A stretch of 64,000 nucleotides of DNA from Mytilus trossulus (lineage: Eukaryota), in assembly GCF_036588685.1 (NCBI RefSeq), contig NC_086380.1:1488001-1552000 (forward strand). The letters are read 5' to 3'. Shown here piece by piece: positions 53,670 through 64,000 of this stretch. Both the position numbers and the translations under genes were made by a program. The notes under the pieces were generated by a model. That model made no database searches and had not been told where the DNA came from. It was given only the letters and a program-made list of their open reading frames with translations. How positions within the stretch are numbered: position 1 is the first letter of the stretch; each line of letters opens with the position of its first letter.

Positions 53670-56237
53670 ATGCCAACAAGATGTTGTGTCCCAGGATGTT
53701 CTGTGAGTGGTGGTCACAAATTCCCTTCAAATCCTGAGCTGTGTCTAAAGTGGAGGGTTGCCCTAAAAAGATCTGACCCCACCAAAGGTCTATGGAAACC
53801 GGGAAAGCACGACATTGTTTGTCATCAACATTTTACAGTAAATGATTACAAGGAGACATTATTAGGTAAATTTTGTATGATCTACAGGTAGTTTATTTGC
53901 ATTCTATTACTCTTAAAATTATCGGCATGCATTATAATGTCAGTAGTTGGATTTTTAGTGACCAGAAAGTGTTTTAGGGGGTGGAAGGTATACAAATTTT
54001 TTTTTTTTTTTTTTTTGTAAAACTAGCAGCATAAATGTATTGATGTATTAAAATAGCTTTGTATTGATATCAAAAGTTACATCAACTGTCCAAGCCTGTG
54101 TTTTACCTTTTCTATCACTATAATGTGTAATTTTTTTTATGAATAGTATTTCTTAACACCTGTAAATTAATGTTCAAAGATCATGTATTTGGGCACAATC
54201 ATTATCACAGCTGACTGACATATTGTTTCTGAATAAAAATATTGTTTTAGCATGAATTTTTGTGTTTTAAAGTTCGTGTTGCTTTGTGGTTTTGTTTTCC
54301 TTTTTTAGGAAGACTGTGCAAGTAAAGAGAATGTGAGTACAGCATTATTTAATGATAGAATAATATCCTTATCTTTTTAATAATAATATGATCATACATG
54401 TACTGTAACAATCAATGGAAAATTGGGATTAAAATAATTTCAGATAAATAAAAAATAAATTAACTGTCAACTCCATAAATTGATGTTAATGAGACTTGAG
54501 AGTTACAAATGTATGTAAAAAATGTAAGTGGCTCATAATTTAAAATGAGCTGTTTGTTATCAATGAGTTGTTTTATTACATGAAAGTATCCACTTCAGGT
54601 TTCATAAGGCACAAATTGAAATGATTTAAACCTAAGAAATTGCCAACCAACTCTACATTGAATACATAAATTATAAAAATAAGCAATTATGCATGATAGT
54701 CAAATTACAGCTTCAGCTTTGAGCCTTGACTCACACAACAAAGTTACTTAATTTGTAAATACATGTACCACCAATTATAGGTCACACCTGCAACATGGAG
54801 ACTTGGTTTTTGCCATAGATAAACTTACTCAATGTCAGAGTGTGATTGGATGTGGAACAAAGATTTCTTGTTTAACCCAATTAAATAAAATCTTAATAAG
54901 TCTTATTATTTATAAATGTATGTAAAGTAATACATGTATAGTGCTATCCCCACTGCAATATAAACAAAAATAATGCAGAATACATGTACAATGTACATGT
55001 AGATGGTAGTTATATTGCCAAAATAAAAAAAAAATGGTTTCCAAGCACATGTGTGCAATATTTTTAAAATCAGTTTCATGCTTTGTTTCCAGGTGATCGA
55101 AGTAGACTAAAGGTAGATGCAGTACCATCAGTGTTTAGCTTTCGTCCCAAAATAAATATTGTAAGCCCTAGAGCTTTAAGAATGCAATCTAGAAAAGCCA
55201 TGAGTGTGGACACAGCTCTTAACCAAGGAGTACAACAAGAGGTTGAAATTGAGTCAACATCAAATAGTACTGATATTTCCTTACCTTCAGAGCCTGACGT
55301 ACATGTACCCAAGGACATGCAGATCCAATGCGAGTTACTTGGTCGGTATTCGATTGAGAGGTTTATGGACAATCCAAAGGCAGTTTCATTTTATACAGGT
55401 TTTAAATCTTATGAACATTTTATGTTCTTATTCCATGCACTAGGTCCTGCTGCATATGAGCTCAAATATAAATGTTCAACCCTTCATCCATCGGATCAGC
55501 TTTTTATAACATTGATTAAACTTAGATGTGCCAAAGAAGATGTAGAGTTATCCTTGCTATTTGATTTATCTGTTTCAACCATTGCTAGGATTTTTAATAC
55601 CTGGATTAACTTCCTTTATTTTCAATTGAATGAATTAAATATTTGGCCATCAAGAGACATTGTTGATAAGCATATGCCAGTAGATTTTCATAGAAAATTT
55701 CCAAGGACGAGAGTTATTCTTGATGCTACCGAGATTCCTATCCAGAAATCTCAAGACGTTAACATTCAGAGTGTGACTTGGTCATCCTACAAGCACAAAA
55801 ATACTGTGAAAACTATGGTCGGGTGTACCCCAAGAGGTGCTATATCCTATATTTCAGACTGCTATGGGGGATCTACCAGTGACAGGCAGATTATTGAAGA
55901 CTCAAGTCTTTTAGATAATACCAGGTTTGAATCTGGGGATAGTATAATGGCGGATCGAGGCATAATGGTTCAAGACCTCTTTGCAAACAACGATGTGTAT
56001 GTTAATACGCCTACAATGCTGAAAGGAAAATCACAACTAGAGCCAGAAGAAATTGTGAGGGATAGACGTGTTGCATCCAAGCGTATCCATATAGAACGTG
56101 TTATAGGATTAGCCAAACGTTTTAAAATTCTTAAGTCCGAACTTCCAAACACCAAACTGTCATTAAGTAACAGAATTGTATTTGTTTGTTTTGCATTGAC
56201 AAATTTCAAAAATGCAATTGTTGATAAATTTGCCTAG
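53670..56237 (+). CDS. THAP-HTH-DDE transposase, copy 2 (exons 53670-53865, 55093-56237)
   Basis: ORF-track translation is identical to copy 1. Confidence 0.93.
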
Positions 56238-56608
56238 ATTTTCAAAGGGTCCCATTTTTATATTTATATTGTAATTTAACCAAAGATAGTAAAATTGGCC
56301 TTATTTTCATAGTTCTAAAGTATACTCCTGAGATGTATCCACTAATTACAAAAAATGTAATTATACTTTTTAACTAATTTTGGCGTGTGATAAATACATG
56401 TATGACATTTTCGGTACCTAATGCTCTTATTTCTTTGAGTATGTTTAATTATTTTTTTATCAAGTTCAGCATTATTGGAGGAAAAGAGGGGGGATGTCAT
56501 GAATTGAGAATTATCCATAAAAAGAGGGGGGGGGCTTCAATTGATTATAAATCAGAAGGGAGATAACAAATTAAACAATATAAAGTCTCAATAATTTTAT
56601 TAATTTTT

Positions 56609-57611
56609 TTATAGTATTGAGGCAATATATGGCCTAAAGTGTTTGGAGTAAAACAATTCCATCTTTGGCAGCAGACAACCAACACAGTAGTCATGATTAA
56701 TTCCAATTTTCTCAACAAAGAGGTCTTTGAATGTGTACACAATAAAATAACAATGTTCTCTATTTGATAAAAATAGTTGACCCTGAATTTGGTCATAATA
56801 GTTTGATGATTTTTTTAATGTTATATTGTTATCTTTGTCATATTCCAAGAAAGAAAAATTAACACCTGGAACAATGCTCTCATCTCGTCCTGTATATGGA
56901 CACTTCACCTCCACAACACAATCATCTCCAATTAAAGCGTCAGGGGAAGCTCCAAGAAATGGTTTGTCAGCAGATATAAACAGTCCACATGGTTGACATT
57001 TCATTTGAAACTTTTTTTCAAACTGTGTTATTGCCTTCTGCTCATACATTTTACCATGCAATACAGACTTCACCTTTAAGAACTTTTGGGAACACAATGA
57101 TTCACATAATTTTTGTATATTTCTCCTTGTGGTAATTTTTGAAATTTCTCCAAATCTAGATGCTGTAATCCTCCACTGTCTTAAATAAAACCATTTCTTA
57201 TTGCTGGATTGTCCTCTTGACTCCTTTTCAGCCAATTTTGCCTGCTGTTCTGTAACCTAAAATAGTAGTGAAATCAGTATAAAATCTTGACGTTAAGAAA
57301 TTTCCAACCTGTAAATGAAGAAAGCAGTTTTTTTTAATTTTTATATAGTTAAAAGATCTTAAAAGATTTCTAATATAGTTTATAAGATATATCTCATATA
57401 GTTTATAAGATATATCTCATATAGTTCATAAGATATCTCATAAAAATAATATATGAGATATATCTTATAAACTATATTAAGATATTATAAACTACATAAG
57501 ATATCCTATAAACTATGTAATATATCTTTAATATACACTATATAAGATATATTAGACATTATATAAGATATCTTATAAACTATGTATATGATATCTCATA
57601 TAGTTTATAAG

Positions 57612-57643
<32 letters not shown>

Positions 57644-60600
57644 CATGTAAGATAAGATTTATAAGATAACATAATTGATTATTTTTTATATATAAAGATA
57701 ATTTATATAGTTTATAGGATATTTCATGAATTCAAGCAATCCTTTTTATTTTATTCAGAAATAGAAACATTTATCCAATCATAAGATGTTTTTTTTATTG
57801 AAATACAAGTATTTTGGACCTAGGTACTGAATACACAGTCAAACATGTTTATAAAAGTGTGGAAACTATTCTGTTTTGAAAATTAAGTGAATAAAAACTG
57901 AATTATTTAGAGTACAACAATGATCAGTAAATTTTATGGTTAGTGGTACCCTATATGCTATATGAAAGCTGAATATTTCTTATTTAGTGCTTATGAATTG
58001 TTAAACTTTAGCGTAAAAATATTTAAGGGTTTTTATAGATTAATATTTATTGTACATGACCAGATATTTTGGAGTTTCCTTGTATTGGCAATGATTTACA
58101 TATAAATTGATGAATCTTTCATCTTACCAGTAAAGCTCTATCGACCCAATATTCAGCAAATGGTAATGGCAGGTAGGCATGATCAAGCTGGGCAGTCTGA
58201 AATACAAATTCAAAACTATATTAAAGAAGCCATGTGCATATAAAATCAAACTACAATGCACATGATTTGAATTATTTTTTAAACATGGAGTTATCTACCT
58301 TTGACTAACAAAATTTATATCGATATACTACATACATTGTATTACAGTCAATTTGACAATATGAAAACTCAAGGCTACTTGCTTTCTTTACTTGATATAT
58401 AGTTTTTTGGATTATTTAATACCAGTTACTTGAATTTACAAGAACAGTGTCATGTTTAAAAATAGAAAGGCAAGGTAAATTTTCCAAAAATCAAGAACAT
58501 GCAAACTTTTTGTCTTTATTATGTGTATGATTCAAATAGGTTTATTAATATATATGACTATGTGAGTGTATAAGTTGTTAATGTTGTTTATTGTTAATTT
58601 TATTCTTTGTATTACCTTAAATTTGTTAATTCTATTTAAAATTAAAATATTTTTCAAGTTTTTCTTGTTAACCATCAACTTCCATTGTACCTGTATATCA
58701 GCTGCAGGAAAAATATATCTCAGTGTAAGGTCTTGAGAAGATTGAGAGCAGAAGTTAATCATGGTGTTTCTGACATGGTCTGTAAACCCTTCCATATTTC
58801 TGTATTTCTGTGGTCTTGGGTCTTCTAATATTTCAGTTGGTTTTCTTTTAGCCAATTTTTCAATTTTCACTGGAGCACCTAAAATATTAAATAATTAAAA
58901 ATGAACGAAAACAAGAGACAAAAACTCTAGTCAGAGGCATGGCGGAGATATTTTTTCTGAACCTTGACATGTTTCCATATATATGTTTAACTTTTTAGAA
59001 CAATAATGACGTAAAACTTCTTGTACTGTTGATTTACGGTGGGACATAAGATATAAAGAAATGAAACTTGTTTATTCTCTCAATTCTTTGGTTATATAAA
59101 TGGCTTTTACAGACAGTCAGTTAAAAGAAGTTACCATTGTAATATGTCTTTGGTTGTTGAAAAGTTTGTAGACCTTCTGTACATGACTTCTGTATTGAAA
59201 TTTCTCCAGTATTAGAAAAAACATCAGCCATTAACAGCACTGCAGCTACATGCTTGCAGGTGGCGTTGGGACCCTTTCCTGCTGGACATTCACACTTAGA
59301 ATTAACTGGGCTGCCAGATTTGTCAAGTTTGATGTGATAGTTGTAAGTTACCTGCAAATAAAAAAAATAAGTGAAGCTTAATTTTAAAAACAAATCAGAT
59401 GATTTTATTTGAGCATATATTGGTTTGGCAGAGCATTCACTCAATAAAAGTAAACTGAAAGAGATACAATAATGGTTATTGAAAAAGTATTACAGAGTAT
59501 AATCATGAAAATTGGAAAACATGAAGCAGAAATCAATAACACTTATTTCATCTTAGACATGGTTTGAGTTAAGCCTTTTTCATCTGATTTTTATGGTTCG
59601 TTCTTATGTTGTACTGTTATACCACTGTTTCAGGTTAGGGGAGGGATGGGATCCTGCCAAAATTTTTAACCTAACCACATTTTTTATGTATATGCCTGAC
59701 CCAAGTCTGTAATTCAGTGGTTGTCGTTTGTTTTTCAATCATTTTTTTATATAAACAAGGCTGACAGTTTTCTCATTTGAATTGTTTTACATTGTCTTAT
59801 GGGATACTTTAATTACTTTTATAGCTGACTATGCAGTATGGGCTTTGCTCATTGTTGAAGGATGTACGGTGACCTATAGTTGTTGATGTCTGTGTAATTT
59901 TGGTCTTTTGTGGATAGTTGTCTCATTGGAAATCATACCACATCTTCTTTTTTTTGTATTATTTTCTCAAATAGAATATTCCACATTTAAGTTATAACAC
60001 ACGTTATATAAATGTTATAAGGATGGGACAAAACTGTTAATGATGCAAACCTGTTTTTTCATGGCTGCCCCAACAATACCACTTAGGAAAATACCATCAA
60101 CAAGGATAAGTACAGAACAAGCTAAGATTTTTTTCGCTTGTAGCAAATCTCTGCCTTTCTCCAATGCCTTTATGTCGCCATTCACCTGCTTATCACCTGT
60201 AAAAATAACAACATATATAAATAATATATAAATGATTTTAGGATTTTTAAATGAACATTTACTGGTGACAATTACAGAATTGTTTTAATATGGACGCCAC
60301 TTTATTTTCAAAATGGTATTTTATATAGTTCGACTAAATCAAAATCTATCATTATGTACCTTGTTTAAACACTTTTAATTTATTTACATTATGAGACATG
60401 ATTGGCAAATGCAATATGTTTGTTTGGTAACTTTCACTTTAAAATACTTTACCACCATGGAGATACTAACCTGCTAATCTAAATAAAAAATAGCCATCAA
60501 TTTGCTCTCTGGTTACTTTAGAAAATACCAATCTGTGATCTGCTATAAGCTGCTTATATCCATGTTTTGGCCATTCTATGTCTGTAGCTTCTGGAATTTC

Positions 60601-61386
60601 TATGAGGGGTGGTTTGAAGTTGTGATTTCTGTCATATGCAACCAGTCTATAAGCATAATTATTAGTGTGTGAATTCAAAATTAAAACAATTTATTTCTAT
60701 GTAATAATTAGGACATTTAAAATTTTTTTTTTTTATTTGGTTAAACTTTTGTTGCGAAGAATTTTAAAATATTTTATTATATTGATACTGTATCATACAG
60801 TATAAAAACAAGGATTTTTTTGCATGTTATTGTTTTGTTTATAAGTTTCACAGGCCCTTGATTCTTTCACTTTCTATCCATGTTATTTAATAATATAAGA
60901 ACATGGAAAGTAGACCTTCCAACTGATAGAAATAAGTGCATGTGATAAGATTGTTCTATATTTCAACTTAATCAAATTGTTAAAAAAAGTACCCCTTTTA
61001 AGACCAAAAAAAAAGAAAAACGATTGACAAAATATCAATTCCAATTAAACAAAATTATACTTCAGACATTTCCGCTTCTTTTGGTGCCAAGTTCATCAAA
61101 ATCTAACATGGAATACCAAAAAAATATACTTTATATGAAATGTATACAACAACTAAAAATTGACTATTACGTTTGTAAGTTATGACGTTTTTCCCACATA
61201 CTCACTGTACTGTGGCAGACTTTAAAGTCGTTAGTATCCCATAAAATATTGTGCAATTGACATGATTTAAGTCATCATATACCTATCAATCAGATCTGCC
61301 TTTCTGCCTGTGATTACTGCACCCTTAATACTCAGTTCTGCCTTCAATTTCGGGACGGTCCACAGACGGTATTTTGCCGCCGCCAT
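56609..61386 (-). CDS. SAP-SWIM-YqaJ protein, copy 2 (exons offset +7949; residue 7 is Arg instead of Pro)
   Basis: Same exon structure as copy 1; codon 7 is CGT instead of CCT. Confidence 0.9.
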
Positions 61387-62898
61387 AGTTTACATTAGAT
61401 ACAAGCGTCTCATTGAAAATAAAACGCACGCGTAACCACCGCTAACGTTTATGCGGATCCGACTTGTAAAATTACGTGATTGTTAACCATTTAATCTACA
61501 CCATTTCTTCTGTGAATTTGTTTACTTACCCCAATCTGGAATACTGTGTGTTTATTGCTTATTTTATCAACGAAATCCACTAAATAATTGATCAAGAGAT
61601 GAACACACTACAGATCAAAACTTTGGCACGTACTGGTTTCCTGTTCATAGTCCCTTATCATCCTTATCTCATGATGCAACACATTCCACAGAGTAAACTT
61701 GGGGGTGTGTTCGTTGTGACCTTGAACGATATTCTCCATCGTGACACTTTTCGTGTTCTACTTTTTTGGGGGTATACTGGATATCACGTTTTCGTTTTTT
61801 TTCAACAATAAAATTAACGTTTCTATTCTTTATAAACTTTCTGATTAAATGTTTTACTTTGTTCCCACTAATCTTTATTTTAATTTATTTTTATGTAATA
61901 TGTTGTTGTTTGTTTTGTTTGGTTTTTTTTGGGTTTTTTTTTTTGGGGGGGGGGGTTCTAAGACCAGTACATGAGACTACTAAACTCCGTTTGACTTTTT
62001 TGTGTTGAAGTCAAAAGGAAAACATTCTTCTCGGCCAGACGGGATTTTAGGAAGAATCCACGAAACATTAGATTGCAAAAAGTGTTCCGAAGATTTCTGA
62101 ACACAAGAGCTCGCTGAAGACGGATCGTTCTCATTATAAAGTTAGAAAAAAATGTAGGATTGCAAATGAGATGACAACCCACATTGATATACCAGTACAG
62201 TGTTACAGTGTAATTTTGCATAAACATTCCTATTTGAACTTTTATAAAGAAAGGCTTTTATTTTATTTAATATTTGAATTTTTTCTTCAAAAGAAAATCA
62301 TTTTGTAGTTTTGTTACAATTAACTGCACAGTTAATTTATTCTTTGTTATATTAAGAAATTGTTAAGAACATATTAAGAATTCCTTTTTCCTTTGTCATA
62401 TCTTAAGTGACAGATTTTATTACATAAGATCGTCTCACACTTTTTTGTCCAAAATAGGTGTAAATTCTTTGCTAATCAAAATATCTTTGTATACAATATT
62501 TGCAATTAAGTTCCTACATCTCCAAGCAATTTAGTGGATAATCCTAATACGTGGTAACTTTAACTTTTGCCGTGTTACCATGGATTAATAAGAAGAATCG
62601 GATTCCGATTGCAGTAAATACAAACTATTCTCACTGAGTAATCAGATTTGGTTATTGTCAGGCCTGTCAAAAGACTTTTGCGAACAATTAAGTCTATCTT
62701 GCCACAGCTTTACTGATCATAAGTCAATTCCACACTTGTATCTTTCTGGCACGTACCCTCTTCTCAAGCTCTGCAAAATTCGTACACCCAAAAGTCAAGT
62801 TTGACACGACGAAAACAAATTTGAAACAGTTCAAATAAAATGACCATATATATATATATATGTAGAGTTGTCACTGACTCAGACGTACTTATAAATAT

Positions 62899-63755
62899 AA
62901 TTATTTTCTGTGACTGTATATTACATTAATTTGTAGGATCCTTTACTATAGATAATTTAGCTGATCTGTAACAATAACATCTTCATGCCTTATATATCAT
63001 GTACTGTAGTACGCCGCTAGATTAAAACTGGCGTGGAAAGGTAACATACGGCCAGCGAAAGCTCTTTTTTTGAGAGCCCAGCTGGTCGTGTGGTCTAGCG
63101 GGACGGCTGCAGTGCAGGCGATTTGGTGTCACGATATCACAGTAGCATGGGTTCGAATCCCGGCGAGGGAAGAACCAAAAATTTGCGAAATTTACAGATC
63201 TAACATTGTTGGGTTGATGTTTAGACGAGTTGTATATATATTGGATCTGTAAATTTGCTTTCGCAAATTTTTGGTTATGTATATATATATAATTATTTTC
63301 TGTGACTGTATCTTACATTAATTTGTAGGATCCTTTACTATAGATAATTTAGCTGATCTGTAACAATAACATCTTCATGCCTTATATATCATGTACTGTA
63401 GTACGCCGCTAGATTAAAACTGACGTGGAAAGGTAACATATGGCCACCGAAAGCTCTTTTTATGAGAGCCCAGGTGGTCGTGTGGTCTAGCGGGACGGCT
63501 GCAGTGCAGGCGATTTGGTGTCACGATATCACAGTAGCATGGGTTCGAATCCCGGCGAGGGAAGAACCAAAAATTTGCGAAAGCAAATTTACAGATCTAA
63601 CATTGTTGGGTTGATGTTTAGACGAGTTGTATATATATATATATATATACAACTCGTCTAAACATCAACCCAACAATGTTAGATCTGTAAATTATATATA
63701 CAACTCGTCTAAACATCAACCCAACAATGTTAGATCTGTAAATTTGCTTTCGCAA
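62899..63755 (+). repeat. Two 392-bp tandem units, each with a hammerhead-like motif followed by a tRNA-derived SINE-like segment and (TA)n, plus inverted partial tail copies (63650-63755)
   Basis: Units start at 62899 and 63291. A-box-like TGGTCGTGTGG and B-box GGTTCGAATCC. Inverted CAACTCGTCTAAACATC fragments follow the (TA)n. Confidence 0.8.
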
Positions 63756-64000
63756 GCAATAATAAAAAAAAAAATATGATAAGCACCAACAAACGACCAC
63801 CATTGAATTATTTGATCCAAAATAAGAACAAACAAACGAATGTGGAAAAAATGTAAACTTTACTGACGCCTAATAGACTGGAATTAAGGGCGGACATTGT
63901 GGAAAATTTTGGTATACTGGAAAAGGGCAAACATTTTGCCTTGTAACAGACCTTTTACGGACCCAAAGTGACTTGTGGCAGTAAAAATATCAAATAAAGT

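Larger units (their letters stand above)
53546..61488 (+). mobile_element. ISL2EU-type DNA transposon, copy 2 (direct tandem repeat, offset 7949)
   Basis: Same TIRs, with AT at 61489-61490. Near-identical to copy 1; differences noticed are G53418 vs C61367 and one base at the edge of the T-run near 46047/53996. Confidence 0.92.

Noticed and set aside
45597-61488. Whole duplication as a pure assembly artefact
   Set aside because: Breakpoints fall exactly on the TIRs, a 6-bp spacer is present and the copies differ at a non-homopolymer site. An artefact is unlikely but not excluded without reads.
63072-63170. Possible functional tRNA gene
   Set aside because: A/B boxes are present but I could not fold a canonical cloverleaf. 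It is multi-copy with a shared tail and (TA)n, so it is SINE-like.

Overview
AT-rich, intron-containing animal genomic DNA. The repeat content looks bivalve/mussel-like (inference only). I reconstructed three host genes by hand from splice sites. (1) A DZIP3-type HEPN-domain gene on the minus strand that runs off the left edge. (2) ESS2/DGCR14 (7 coding exons, +, 12067-21991). (3) WSB1 (8 coding exons, -, 32812-42458). Two compound mobile elements dominate the window. The first is a non-coding LTR retroelement array, LTR-int-LTR-int-LTR (3158-9121, tRNA-Leu PBS, CTTA TSD); one LTR carries a 631-bp, highly structured retroposon. The second is a head-to-tail dimer of an intact 7943-bp ISL2EU-type (PIF/Harbinger-related) DNA transposon (45597-61488). 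Each copy encodes a THAP-HTH-DDE transposase and a convergent 7-exon SAP-SWIM-YqaJ (lambda-exonuclease) protein. The dimer has one outer AT TSD and a 6-bp non-TSD junction, and it lies in the apparent 5' region of WSB1. Also present: nested MITEs, a Helentron-like element, tRNA-derived SINE-like repeats and minimal hammerhead-ribozyme-like motifs. All calls come from reading the sequence; no searches or folding programs were run.
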